A DNA stretch of 64,000 nucleotides from the human T2T-CHM13v2.0 reference genome, Homo sapiens: assembly GCF_009914755.1 (NCBI RefSeq), contig NC_060944.1; one strand, given 5' to 3'. The translations under genes were made by a program, and so were the position numbers. The notes under the pieces were generated by a model that was not told where the DNA came from, did no database searches, and worked only from the letters and a program-made list of their open reading frames with translations. Positions 14,121 to 29,679 of this stretch are shown here, piece after piece (the first letter of the stretch is position 1; each line of letters starts with the position of its first letter).

Positions 14121-16643
14121 AGGCCCACAGCACAGCCATCAATGCCTTTTGCTTTGTCTTCAAAGTCTGAACCTCCTTGGGAGTGTGACATGCCAGGACC
14201 AAGTACCAGGAGACCAGAGCTTAGACCTGGCTGTGCCATGAACCTACTAAGAGACTCTAGAAAAGGCATTTGACTCTCAAAGCCTCTGTTTTCCCTTCTG
14301 TGAAAAGGAAAACCTGGAATGCACACTCTCGAAGAAAATGAAGGCTGGTTGGAGCCGCGAGCCATACGCTGTGCTCGGATGTCAGCGCAGCACAAAGCAG
14401 GAGCCATCAGCCCCAGTGGGTGAAAGGGAAGTGATGCTCCAGGGAATGGCTAGAAGGAAATCCTCTGACCTCTCCACACTCTGCCAAGCAGGTCCCTCTC
14501 TCCTGACCTGCCTTTCCACGTCTATTCAAAAATATTCAAATTGTTTCACAAAGGCCTGACTGCTCAAGAGCCATGCATTCTGACACAGAGCACATTGACT
14601 CGAAGCCATGCAAAATCAAACACCAAGTCTACAATGAGGGTTTCTGTGTCCAGAGGCTGCATGGAAGACAGCCTCTGCTTCAAACACCTTACAAAGTGGC
14701 TGCAGCAATGACATAGACATACAGGAAAGTGACCGTCTAACTTGATTGTAGAATTGCTAAGCTAAGACTCATAAAGATGTGACACTTTCTCAATCGGTGC
14801 TTCTCTATCCTGAGCATGCACACGAGTCCCTGCGGATCTGGCTAAGATGCAGATTCTGCCTCAGTGGGTCTGAGGCTGGACTGGACACTCTGCACGTCTC
14901 ACAAGCCCAGACGATGCTGATCGATGACATCAAAGTCAGTTTAGTGTCTGTATACTTATGACTTAGAAGGGTCTTATTACAAGGGAATAGATGATACAAT
15001 TCAAAAGGTATGCTCGGATGTAAAACACCTTTGAGTTAGAGTTGGGTTTGAAAAATAAAAGTAACATCTCTGGAAAGGAATCTCTGGGAAAGAAAATTAA
15101 GGCTTCAGGAAAAGTTTTTTTAGGCCTTTGTAGCAACATCAGTTACATCCACTAAGGAGAACAGGATCCTGAAATGGTAACTGGTGGGCAATTCAGACAA
15201 GACTATCCTCATGAATGCCAAAAAAAGTAACTTTCCTATCGCTTAGATGATACTTTGCAGGGTTCAAAAGTGTCTTCTAAAGCAAATTTGGGGATTTCTT
15301 TAGCTTTGTATAAAATAATTAAGATGAAAAAGTTCAGGCAGCCGGTGACCCCAGCCCATGGGTTCTGCAGCAGTTTGTCTGCATGCTGGTCCTGGGCAGG
15401 CCCCACCTCCTGGGCAGCCCATTCATTGACTCGGAGCATGGCCTGAGCACACATCTAGGCAATTTCAAGTGTCACCAGGGTTGAGAGCCACCATCCTAGG
15501 TCATCCTTGCAAAAAGACCCAGAACCTTATCTCTTGACCAATCCACCAAACCCTGTACTAGCCTACCACAACCTCTGAAGAAGGGACACTGTAACATTTT
15601 TATTTAATTTGCATCATTTCCAGTGTTTGTGGGGTTTTTTTGTTTCTTGTTTGTTTGTTTGTTTAGAGATGGGGTCTTGCTATGTTGTTCAGGCTGGTAT
15701 TGAACTCCTAGCCTCAAATGATCCTCCCACCTCAGCCTCCTGAGTAGTTGGGATTACAAGCATGAGCCACCTCACTCGGCACCAGTCTATATATATATAT
15801 CATGCTATGCATCACAAAATTCCATAAACCATATTAGGAAAAGCGTTACTATCCCGTTGAGCAGCTAGAGAGTCAAATGAAGAAGGAATTTGGAACATAA
15901 TATCAGAAGTAATTTTTCATATCCAAATCTTAATTTTTACAAATTGGCTTCAACAATCTCTATCCTTTCCCACTAGTTTCAATGCCACAGGCTCACATAA
16001 TCATTAGCAGAGCTCCGTCTTGGAAATATATTCACTAATTATCTGAGATTATCTGTATTTGAAATTCATTATCAGATTGATAGGGAGAATAAGGAAACAA
16101 ACCAATTTTTTAAATGGGCAAGAGGCTTGAGCAGATACTTCCACAAAGAAGCTATCCGGATGGCAGATGAGTGCACAAAAGGATGCTCGGCTTCCTTAGT
16201 CATTAGGGGATGCAAATTAAAACCACCACCATTAGAAGAGCAAAGACACACTACAAAGCTGACATACCAAGTGCTGGCAAGGACAGGAAGCCACAGAAAC
16301 CCTCACGCATTGTGGGTGGAGATGCAACAATGGCACATCGCTTTGGAAAGCAGCTTGGTCATTTCTTATAAAGTATGCAAGGAAGAACAGCTCATAATTC
16401 TCAAGAGAAAATACCGAAGAAAATGGTCAAGGATGCGGTTTACATCCTCACATGTCTAAATATTGGCATTTACAGTACAAGTAAAATATCAGAAGAAGAA
16501 ACTTCAGATGAGAATACAAGGCAGGAGTGGGGAGTGGACCCTGGTGGCCGCCCTCACAGTCCAACCTGTGAGCCCTTCCCTGGGAGTCTCCAGGTACAGC
16601 TTCCCTCCAGGGCTGGTTTGCCTTTTCCTGCTTCAATTCTTAC

Positions 16644-16736
16644 CTCCCTCATCCCACTCGTCACAATGGATGCTGGAGGAGTGGTGTGGATGATCTGCTG
16701 CAGGATGCTGATATAGGTCTGAACTTCCAGAAGATT
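16644..16736 (-). CDS. BFSP1: Filensin exon 4, 93 nt, [31 protein letters not shown]
   Basis: Acceptor CCCCCAACAG|AAT, donor GAG|GTAAGA, phase 0-0. Confidence 0.95.
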
Positions 16737-17102
16737 CTGTTGGGGGAGGGAAAACATTCTCATTATAAGTTGAGCTGCGCTGGTTTTTCCTTCTAGTACT
16801 AGATGAGAACAGGAATGGACACTTCCGCACGCTCCCTCATCACAGACAGGACAGACCATGACCAGGTTCAGGAGGAAGAAGAGACTGATGCATTTGCTGC
16901 CATGGGTGGGCCTGCCCACATGTGCACCATGCTCATTCCTGGCACCTCAGTCTCCTTTAATCTTCACAAGAACAACGGGGCCGATGAATAAACTAAGACT
17001 TGCCTTATTTCACTGTTTCTCTTCAGTTACATTGGTGCATTGGTCTTCACAAAGCCCTGGGTGGCGGAGGCACAAAAAAAAAAGAGAAAAAAACCAGCCC
17101 TC

Positions 17103-17400
17103 ACCAGACATGGTGGCTCACACCTGTACTCCCAGCACTTTGGGAGGCCAAGGCAGGTGGATTGCTTGAGCCCAGGAGTTGGAGACCAGCCTGGGCAACA
17201 TAGTAAGACCCCATTTCTACAAAAAATGTTAAAATTAGCTATGTGTTGTGGTGTGCACCTGTGGTCCCAGCTACTTAGGAGGCTGAGGTAGAAGGATCAC
17301 TTGAACCTGGGGGTGGGTGGAGGCTGCAGTGAGTTGTGATCACCCCACTGTACTCCAGCCTGAGTGATAGAATGAGACACCGTGTCAAAAATAAATAAGT
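17103..17400 (+). mobile_element. AluJ
   Basis: Alu dimer with gagcccaggag diagnostic. Confidence 0.92.
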
Positions 17401-18339
17401 TAAAAGGCCCTGGAGGGCACAAAGGACCCTTTCCAACACCAGCAGTGTTTCAAAGAATGGGCTTTGGTCAATCAGGCCTGGACTAAAAGACTTACTGGCT
17501 ATGTGTGACCTCAGGCAAGCTATTTAAACCTCCTAAAATGCAAGTTCTTCTGTAAAACAGGGATAACTATCTGTAGGGATGCTGATCCCCTTTACCCGCC
17601 AGTGCCCCTGTCCCCAGCTCTGTAATAACAGATGACACAGCCCTCTCCAGAAAGCAGCCCTTGGCCAACAAATGGTCATCTTGTCCAGGAAGCTACCAGG
17701 CCCTGCCTCATCCCCAACCCAGGCCAACGACTGACAGCACAGGAGTACAAAAGACCAACTCTCTCAACTCCTTGAGGGACCCAGCTGTGGTGTAATTCAC
17801 ATTCACACTCCAGAGCTTCCTGTGGGATCATGAGAAGGCCACAGCTGGACTCCGGCTGAGGACAAGTCCTTGCTCTGCTCCCTGCCCTGTCCTGCCCTTT
17901 TCCTCCCCTTCTCAGAGCCCTCCACTAAGACATCAGTGACAAAAAATCACTACCTAGAGCTCTGCTTAGAGGAAGCCTGACCTGAGCAGTATTTCACAAG
18001 GCTGCTCTTGGGATCCAGTGAGATACTACAGGGAAGCCTCACAGTGTGAGCGATCATCATCACCGTCATCATCATCATCATCATCCTAAATGGCCTGGAA
18101 GAATTATTTGAGCTGCTTCAAAACTGGCCCAGGCACTGTTCCCAGGATTCCATCAAGTAGGGTAGAAGCAAGGAGGTGGGTGGGGAGGAGGAAATGGCTG
18201 GGCCTCATGGAAAGTTGGAGGGACCCTGATTGGAGCAGACAGGCCTGGTGTACTGATGCAGGTACACACTGAGGTAGGAAGGGAACTGGAAGTTCACTGA
18301 GCACTTGCCAAGCTCCAGGTTGTACCCATGTTCCCACAT

Positions 18340-18790
18340 TGTCGTAGTTTGGGTTTCCCCAGAAGCAGACCCTGAGAGAGGGATCTGAGTGCAAACAGTT
18401 GACTGGGCAGTGATGCCAGGAAACATGACGGGTGGAGTGGGAAAGTGAGGCAGGAAGGGAGAGCAGTCAGCGAGGGCTATTACCAATGGATCACCACTGT
18501 GGGCACCTGGAGCTCAATCCTGGTGAGTATCTCTGGGTGCCAATGCAGAACAAAAGCCTCAGAGTTGGTCTACAAAGGCGAGAGGGAGCTGGTGTGTTTA
18601 TACACCAACTCCCATCAGTTCTGGTTGAGGCTGCTCCCTGCTCCTGGGGACAGGAGTTCCCCAACACCCCACTACAGGCGGAGCAGCCTCCAGCTGCTTG
18701 GAGAAAGTCCTCAGGCAAAGCTGCAGGGATGGCAGTGGGAGGAGGCCAGAGCCCCTGGAGAGGGAAGCCCTGAGGCACCCACAGGTCTGC
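18340..18790. mobile_element. Old ERVL-class LTR (LTR16-like). Related copies at about 26340-26790 and 48685-49115
   Basis: Shared string ccccagaagcagaccctgaga...gagtgcaa...tggg...gtgatcccagga in all three copies. Confidence 0.6.
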
Positions 18791-19387
18791 TACACTACTT
18801 CACCCACGTCACTGCTGGGAAGGAGAGCCTGCATTTGCATTTTGAAGAAGAAAAAGCAGCTCAGAGAGGTTAGGCCACTCACCCATAGTCAAACAGCTGC
18901 AGAATCTGATTTTTCAATTATGCCAGGGCCCCCCAGAATCAGGCCTGTGAGGAACTGTTGGAGGCTGGGGGAGTCTGAGCACTGCAGGAGAGGAAGCTCC
19001 TGAATAATGTGCTCCTGCAATTAACGGGCTCAGAGGCAGAGCTAAAAACAAGACTTTTTCATGTATTTTCTGAGCGGAAACAGTTGATGGACTGTAGCTT
19101 AATGAAGACAGATCTATATAAAATCACTTTGTAAATTATACTGTACAATATAGATACTAGTTCCCAACACCAGGGCCCTCAAAACACACCCACTACTGCC
19201 CACTCTTCAAAGCACATCTAGCTCAGTAAGCACTGTCCAGTGACCAATTCACCCCTATTTGGTTCGAGGGAAAACGCACAAAGGTATGCCACTCTAGCAG
19301 TCTGTTTTCAGCCACAGTACCCTCGGCTTACCTGATCAAACCCAAACTGGGTTTTCTAGAGGAAGGGCTTCAAGGGGTCATGATTAC

Positions 19388-19483
19388 CTTCTTGTGCCTG
19401 TCCTTTGCCGCACTGATATCATCTTGCAGAAATTGGGCTTCCAGCTGAAGGCGTAGGTTATGCAGCAAGGCTTCATCAGCTTC
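19388..19483 (-). CDS. BFSP1: Filensin exon 3, 96 nt, [32 protein letters not shown]
   Basis: Acceptor TTGCAG|GAA, donor AAG|GTAATC. Coiled-coil heptads, phase 0-0. Confidence 0.96.
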
Positions 19484-19674
19484 CTGCAATGAGAGCCACA
19501 TATCCCTGGCCACAGGCACCATGGAGCATAGGGGTAAAGCTGGCCGGGTATATGAGCACACAGACCACCTGGGAGCTTACTGAAATGCAGACTCTGGTTC
19601 AGTAGGTCTGGGAGGGGTCTGAGATTATGCATTCTAGCAAGGCAATGGCTTAGCCCATTGGACCTGTTCTAGAA

Positions 19675-19910
19675 GAGCAGTTCTCAACAGAGGGTGATTT
19701 TGCCCCCCAAGGGGACATTTGGCAGTGTCTAGAGACATTTTTAGTTGTCACCACTTTAGTGGTAGGGTCCTTCTATTGGCAACTAGTGGGTAGAGGCCAG
19801 GGACACTGCTAAATACCCTACAATACACAGGACAGCATCCCCCCACAACCCTGCACACAAGGAATTCCCTTGCCTAAAGGGTCAATACAGCCAGGGTTAA
19901 GTAACCTTGA
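19675..19910. mobile_element. MER20
   Basis: cagttctcaacagagggtgattttgccccccaaggggacatttggcagtgtctagagacattttt. Confidence 0.85.
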
Positions 19911-20713
19911 TCTAGAAAGATCGGAGCGCTAGGTATATTTACATACCAAATAAAGTTAATATTTAAGTAACGTCTATATTTGTTCTATATCTCATCATCA
20001 GTGAGTTGGGTTTCTAAGACTGAAAGAAAAAAATTGTTTTCCCTTAAATCCTGAAATCTGTATTCTAGCAGTTTTCTCCCAAGGACTGTTAACATTTACC
20101 TTGAGAAGATGCATCTTTCATACAAAAATGCATTTTTAGAATGACTGTTTTGTGAATAGCATTTGTTTGTTCCTCTAAGGTTGGAAACGACATTGATCAC
20201 AAAAGGTTGAATTTTCTCAGGAAACTTTCTGATAATTCACTGGCTCTTGCCTCATTGATCTTGTTTGGATAGACCAAGTAGGTATGAAAGAATTATTCAT
20301 GCTCTTAATAAGATTGTGCTATGATGTCCAGAAGTGACTTATATACTTTGGCATCTTCGGTGTGATATTACAGGTGAGCATTACTTGGGTTCATCAGGAT
20401 TCCCCAGTCTCCCAAGATACCTCTGCCATGCACACCTGCCAACACCTGAGGCCTTGGGAAGTGAATTTTTACTGACTTATTAGTGACTTGCTAATAAACA
20501 TAATGAGTCTTAGCAATGGGCTCTCATTAATCAAGGGGAACACGTGGTCTGACTAAAATATGTAAGAGACACTCTCCATACTCGCATGAACAGAGTTATG
20601 ACAGTCACGATATGTGGACTGGCCATGAGATGTAGGGACACTCCCCACCCTTGTGCTACTAGGGTTTCGGTCTGGCAAGGCCTTGAGACTGCACTCTTAA
20701 GAAAGGCACTTGG

Positions 20714-21030
<317 letters not shown>

Positions 21031-21446
21031 GGCACTTGGTTCCTTAATTGCTCTTGTGAAAGACCACTGGTGTAGTAAGATTTCTGATTGTCTGATGCTG
21101 ACAAGAAGGATCCTGAAATTCTGACTCTATTGTAGCCTCTGCCTTCAATGAGCTTTCCATGCAAAGTGTTCTCTTAGCACCTAAGACACCAGAGCTGAGA
21201 CTTCATGGAGCCTACAGAGAAGGTTGTATGGACCTTGGGGGCCTGCATCACAATAAATGTTAATATTTAACAAATCTCTTTCTGTGTGAATTTGGTCTAA
21301 AGCATTAGCAAGATGGTAAGGGAGTGGCCAACCCTCACCCAACTCAAACTTCTGAAGCTCTTTTATCTACCCAAGAGAACTGAAGATTTTATCTTACAGA
21401 ACTTGAGAGTTGTACAAGATCAAATTAGTCAATGTGCAACCCTTAG

Positions 21447-22537
<1,091 letters not shown>

Positions 22538-24739
22538 TGGGAGCAATTTTCGGCAACGGAACATCTTGTTCCTCCTCAGTGCTCCTCCAGGTTTCTGCTG
22601 CAGGGTGAATCCCCAGGTAAGGAACTCTCGACAGAAGAAGGAAGGACACCAGTGTCCAGAGTCATTCCTCACCCCGGCCCCTGGACTCTCCTGCCTACTC
22701 TCTCCAAGGCTCCTCCTGATTCCTGGCCCTGGCACCGGGCTCCTGCTGCCACCAGCACCACTGCCCACTGGGAGAAGCAAGAGCTCCTGGGAAAACCACT
22801 CCCTTCAACAAATCTACACGTGGTCTGAAGTTTTTGGGGGTTTTTGTTTTAAATCAGAAATAAAAGAATGAACCAAATTACAAAAAGGGACACATTTTTC
22901 CAGATCCAGGACACTGAACTGTCCAAACTACAAGAATATGAAATCTAACTATGGGACTTAGCTTCTGAGCTCATTCATGTGTTTAATTAATTAGCCATTG
23001 ACCTTTAACGAGCTCTGCCTTCAGGGGGTTACCATTCTGAGCCCTTAATGATGGGTCCTCACATCCTGCGACCCAGGGACAGTGAGGGAGGGTCTAATGA
23101 AAACTCAGCTATAGCGTTTCTTCTTCCAGAAGGCGTGCGCTACCCGGCCCGGGGCGATCAGACCCAGACTGATGCACTCATGCAAATCAAGGCCTTCCTA
23201 CCGCAGGGGAAGTGGGCAGGCCCCTTGGAGATCCTGGTGTCTGGTCTTCTGAAATACCCAGAAGTATTTCACAAGCCTGGGAAGCCCTTTCATAAGAGAA
23301 ATGGTGGAAAGGGAAGCCTGAATCTTTCCAGCAACAGAAAAGGGTGGAGGATTCAGAAAAACCCTGGTTCATTTGTAAAATACCAGCCAGACCTCAGGAA
23401 AGACGGAAACCAAGGCAGTTCCAGGAATCTAAGTAGCAGGAGTCAAGGACCTGTCCTCAGAGTGACCCAGCTCTGAATCAGTTCATCCCTGCATCCCTCC
23501 CTCAGGAGAGCTGTGATTGGCCAGCATGGGTCACATGACCACCATCTTGCCTGACAGCTGGACCACACGATGTGAAGGAAAATCACAGTGTTCCCGGACG
23601 CATCCCACTCCCTTCAAAGGCAGTGGTTCCCTGTGGAGTGATTCTCAGCCCCGGGGATGGGACCACACCCTCAGAGAGGCTTGGCTAAATCTGGGCCAGA
23701 GGTGCAGGAGTATTGGGTGGATGTTGTTCTATCTTCCCTCTGCCCCTCTTAAGACTGCTGAGGATGGGGTGGGGCACAGAATTCTCAATCACTCTTAACA
23801 AAATGCATCCAAGATTGAGCCACAAAGCTGAATGACTGGAAACAGGGCTTCAAGGACCCTTTGTGTTATTATTTATAAGGAATCAAACATTACAAATTTT
23901 AGAAATAGAAGGAACCCTGGGGTCACTGGTCCTCAAACTTTTGTTAAGCCACATGTGCCATCCTTTGAACAAAGCAGTCCATGGAAGCCACTGTACTGAA
24001 GCAAAGCCAAGGGGCCACAGGCATCTCCCATGCTCAGCTGCCCTCTTCCCTCAGAGACCCTTCAAGCAACTCGATGCAACATGAGGGCTCTGCCAAATGC
24101 ACCTTGAAGTCCAGAGCCTCCCTCCATGTATGCAGGGCTGAGGCCAGACTGATGCAGTGCATCATTGAACTCGTGAATGGAAGTTAGTGGAAGATAACAG
24201 GCCTGGAACCTACCATGGGCTTCTCTCTCCTAGCCAAGAGCTGAGTGCTAAGCCCTGACTCCATCCTTCGAGGTGCCTGTCATTCTTCCCCACCTCCCTC
24301 CTAGGATTGTGTCAAAACCACCAGCACTGGGTCCCATCAGTTAAATCTTTATAACTGCTCATAGTGATAGTAAAAGGCCAGTCAATATGTATTCTTAAAA
24401 TAGGGATTAAGCAGATGTTTCTGCAAGCACACTGTCCTGCTTTGAAGATAATCACCCGATAAGCTGACCCCAAAACCCCCAAAGGTGAGTAGGGCCCACT
24501 GGAATGTACAGCTGCTGATACGCTGAGGAAAATTTGTTTTGGAAGTGTTTTCTTTTGTTTGCGCCAGAACTCAGAAATGTGTAGACGCTTGTGTTTTTAT
24601 TATGCTGTGGATGTTGTCAGCTGAATTTTCAAAAGCTTCACCAGCAGAATCATCTAGATTTTTCTGAATTGAGATTATGGGTCAATAGTCTAATTTTACA
24701 AAACATTCCAACTCTGATAATTGCCTATGTCCTAGATCT

Positions 24740-24950
24740 AGACCAGTGGTCCTCAAAGTGTGGTCCCTGGATCACAACACCTGGGAACGGATCAGAAATG
24801 CAAATACTCCAGCAGATGCCAGACCTACTGGCTTAGAATTTCTGGGGCTGGGGCCCAGGAGTCTGGGTTTTAACGTGCCCCCCCACCCCGCCCACCTTTC
24901 ACCCCAGGTAACACTGATGCACACTGAAGTTTTAGAACCACTAATCTAGA
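24740..24950. mobile_element. MER5A
   Basis: cagtggtcctcaaagtgtggtccctgga...agtttagaaccact, flanked by tctaga. Confidence 0.8.
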
Positions 24951-27900
24951 CTATTTACAGCCATGTTTTTAGAAAGGAGCTGGAGAAATAACTAGAATTT
25001 GGAGCATTATTGAAAATCAGCCCTTTTTTAACTCAAATGGTGGGGATTAAAAAGGAAAAAAAACAGCCTTGCTGACCTATTCACAGGGATCCCAGAAACT
25101 CCATTTAAAACCCAACTGCTAAAGAATGGGTATTTAAGTTCATTAAGAGTTCTAGTTAGCTGGAATTTAATTAAAAAACACTTTTCCTTCAACTCTGGAT
25201 GTCAAAAACCTTTCCAAAAATGTTATGGCTGTTCTTCCAGGTGCTAATGTTGGCCTGGAGGGCACTGGACAAATTCTACATCTCTCCACCCTCTCTCTTG
25301 CCTCTGCCTCAGTCTCCTCAACTTTGCTGTCTCTCCCTTTGCATTCATCCTGACTCTTCCTCCACTCCTCTTGCCTCTCCACCCCCAGACTCCTCCTCTT
25401 CCTTCCCAGTTTCCTCTCCTTCTCTTCTCCGGAAGTTCATTTCCGGGCTCAGAGGAATTCTTGGCATACAAAGGCATAGCCCTGAAGGTAGGGCTTCATG
25501 CCTGCACCATTTTATCCCCTAAACTCCCTGGCCTCTTGCTGCTTTCCACAGGCACGTTTAAGAGACACATGAATTACATGAAAAAGTATATATGTCAGCC
25601 TTTAAATATTTTTAAAATTGTTTTTAAGTGAAAGCATTTGACTAGAAACCACATCATTTTAAAATTCTGGGAATTTTAAAGAGAAAAGGAGAGGGAGATT
25701 TTAAAGTCTGCTGCTTACAGTTTCCTCAAGATAAGCAAATCAGGCATCATAGCAGACCAGTAACTTCATACGTATATATTTGGTGACCATGAGATCTAGA
25801 AGTTAGCAAACCCAAATATTTTAAAGTCACCTGGAATTCCTACTACATCAAAAGGCTGAGAAGTTGAATAACTTTGGCCATAGGTTGTAGGTAACGTGTT
25901 GAGGAGTTTACTTCACTTCTAAGTGCACAGCAAAGAGTGGCCTACTATAATTTATCTGGCTGATAAAACTACAGGAGCTCTTTCCGTAGGCTTGATTACA
26001 CGGGCAGCATGAAGAAATGCATGGTGGTTTTGTGAAGGCAGGGGCCATCAGTCCTTTCACATACACTGCAATATCCTCCAAGTAGGATGCAAAGACTGGA
26101 TCAGTGATGTCCCACGGCCACACCCAGGGATGAATCCCTTCCACAAGTCAGACCAAAGGAAATGGCCACTGAGACTGAGCTAAAACCTCGTTGATCTGAT
26201 GTAAGAAAATACCCAAAACCTGCAGGCCAAAATCACTCACACGACCAGCTGATGCGATGTGAATTTTAGCCTCTTTCATGTCATCTGATGATCTCAGCAG
26301 AGAACAAAAAGGTCCAGTGTTCACCTGGCCCTGCCCTTGAGGGACTATTTGGGTTCTCCAGAAGTGGACCCCAAGGCAAAGACTGGGTACCTGTGGCTTA
26401 TCTGGGAGGTGATCCCAGGAAGCACAGGTAAGGGAGGCTAGTGAGCCAGAGAAGGAAACAAAACCAATGAAGGAATGTGACGAGCAGGTTGCCATTGTAG
26501 ACAGCTCAGTACGGCTGGGGTCCCTCTGAGGGACCATGTGGAATGTGGCTCTGAACCATCACTATGAGGGGTGGGGAACTTATCCACCTATCCCAGTCCA
26601 CAGCAACTGAGGGTTGTTCCTGGGGTGTTAACACCCAGCGCTTCTGGACTATACTGATGTGGGCCATGCATGTTCCCAGAGCCCGAGATGCAGGCAGTGA
26701 TCAGGGTGTTCAGCGTGTCTGAGTGACCACTGGCATGGCCCAAGGTGTGTGGACAGGACACCAACATCAAGGTCCATGGGGCCACCTATAGCCGAGAACT
26801 CTCTGGCTTCGTGTCTGGCCTCTGAGTAATACCGGTTCCCTGACTATTCTTTGGAGGTAGAGAATGAACCACAAATACAAAAGACCCCAACTCCTGTCTA
26901 CACTTACCACGGCTGAGCTGCGAGGCTCTGAAGTCATTTAACCTCATCAAGGGTGAGTTTCCTCACTGGCCCAGAGAAGGATTTGGAATAGGTCATTTCT
27001 GAGAATAAAACCTGCCCCCCCAATAACCACGGGCTGTTCTGAGGCTCCCACAGGCTTGCACAAGGCCCTCCCCAGCGTCCTGCATCTGCCTGCTGTGTTT
27101 ATGATTTCTACTATTATCCAAGGACCACCTGCATCTTATTCACTCTGTATTTGTCTTTAAAGGTACTCATTCTTACGTAGGTTTATTTGGAAAGGAATAT
27201 TTTATGTCATCCGCTGTAAATAACAGGTAATCATAAAAAATTCACAACTATTAAATATCACTCCTCCATGCACTTTCTAAAGTCACCTCCCATTTCAACA
27301 GGGTTCTGCACCCACACTGTGGAGAAAACCAAGCTGGTGTCTGTCACATCAAGTGCTCTGTAGTAATAACAGTGATCAGGGATTCAGCACCACCAGGTGA
27401 TGGGCAAGTCATATACATTATTACATCATTTAGTTCTCACTAGGCACTTTCACTCCTATGGTGGGTGGGGAGTATTGTGATTCCATTTCACAGATGAAAA
27501 AACCGAGGCTCAGAGGGACAAGGCAATTGGCCCACAGTCTCACAGATGCTCAGCTGTAGCAGGAGGTTCCTAGTCACAGGCTACACTCCTCGCTGGGGCT
27601 CTGCAGCTCACCTGCGGGCAGTACTGTCTTACTTGGACCCAGGGGCCAGTCATGCTAATTGCCTGTGCTGGTCTCACCCACATTCTTGGTAGCATCTTTC
27701 CCCAGAACCTTCATAATATTCTTACAGGGCTGATACTTCAAATGTCCACACTCTATGTCACAATATACATGAAGGTGTATTATGCGATGCCTTTTCCTTA
27801 TTTTTCGTTATCTATGTTGCCTTATTTTTTCTACTGAGAATATGGATTGCTTTTGTAAAAAGAGAAAAACAACAGAAAGTTTAAGCTTGTTTTTTAAATT

Positions 27901-29481
27901 CACTGTCATTTTCCATCAAGGGTAAAAGAGGAACCCCATTCTTTCTCCCCTTTATTTGAAGAGTACCCAGGATGGCACTGCGTGAGTGACAAGTGAGGAC
28001 AGATGCTCACAAAGCAACATGTGGAAGTGTTGGGGAGAGGGCCTCGGAGGGCCTGAGGGGTGCTGTGAAGGGTGCTGGGTCCCCGTGTCTGAAGGCCATG
28101 TTCTGGCAGTCTGAGGTTGCACAAAACAGAAGAATGGGGATGAGCTACAGGTGTCAGCAGAATAGCAGAGTGATGTCAGACACTAATAAGGCCCAACTCC
28201 CAGCTCAGATGTCCAACAGGCTCGAGGCCATCGTTTTCCAAGCCAACTATTGAGCGTGTGTCCTCAGGGCCTTCCTGAAGTGCATTCTCACTGCCATCTC
28301 TGTGTTTCTATCTAGGGTGCCCAAGTGTCCTACTAGCTGTCCTGAGAGTCCCAGCCTGCATTGACTGACCTGTGTTATTACAAACTGCACCCTCTTTTGC
28401 ACACTGTCCTGGTTTGAACATATCATACGTGCTCACGCGCAGAGGGGCAGGTAACATAGACAAAGCAAAATTGGGTTTCCCCTAGATTCTAGTTCTGATT
28501 TTCCCCTCAACCAGCAGAGTAATCCTAGACAGCAAAGGCTGGACAAAGTGAAGGGATGGCAAACATCCGGCGCTAACCCTGACTGTCCAAAGAGGCTGCT
28601 TGGAGTTCCATGTGGCAAAGAAGCCTAAAGCATACCTGGGCATGGCAGGGAAGAGTCTGCGGTTTTGTCAGCAATTTTGATGAGTTGTAGGCATGGAAGG
28701 GGCGGGGAAGGGCAGCCCATGTGCCCTAATCAAGCAGCCTTTCCACTAAATAGTCTCCATGGGTCGTTCTGCTCTGACATTGGAGCTCAAAAACGATCAG
28801 AAAAGGGCCATGCTTAAAGCTATGTGCCATCCCTGGTTCTGTACAACCCTGGTGGTCCAGAATCATTCTGCTTTTTGGTGGTGGGATTCTCCCAGCAAAA
28901 GCAGAAAATCCAATCAGTTAGTTAGAATCATGATGAAGAATCCCAAGAAGGAAATCACCACTGTTCTGTAAAGAGCAACTCCACATAACCCTGCAGGAAA
29001 GTCAAGTGGCTAAGAACCCCTGGCATCTCCCCTGGGGCTATTGGTCACGCTATAAGAGGGAACTCTAGAGGAAATAGAAATTTCTTCCTCTGTTATCTTG
29101 AGACTTCTGTGGAGCCGCAATCTCAAAACTCTTAGCCAATAGGACAGAGGTATCACTGTGTCCAAATAACCACTGCCCAAAGCAAGGTCCTTCCTAAATT
29201 TGGTGTTGGGCATCAGTATGTCTGACAAGTAAAACAGCAGCTTGTCACTGTAACGCCGGCAGGTTTTGCTAGCCTAGCATAACCAACAAGCTTCATAGTC
29301 TGTGTTTCTCTCGTGAGAGAGGGGTGTGTGTATGGGTGTGTGAGTTCACTCATAAAGACTCAATTGAAATTAACAAGTCAAGAGACAGAGTGACTGCAAA
29401 AGAAGTAGTGACCGCCAAAGTAACACAAAGAGGAAGCCTGTAAAACCTGCACTTCCACCATTCCATTCAACACTGTAATTA

Positions 29482-29679
<198 letters not shown>

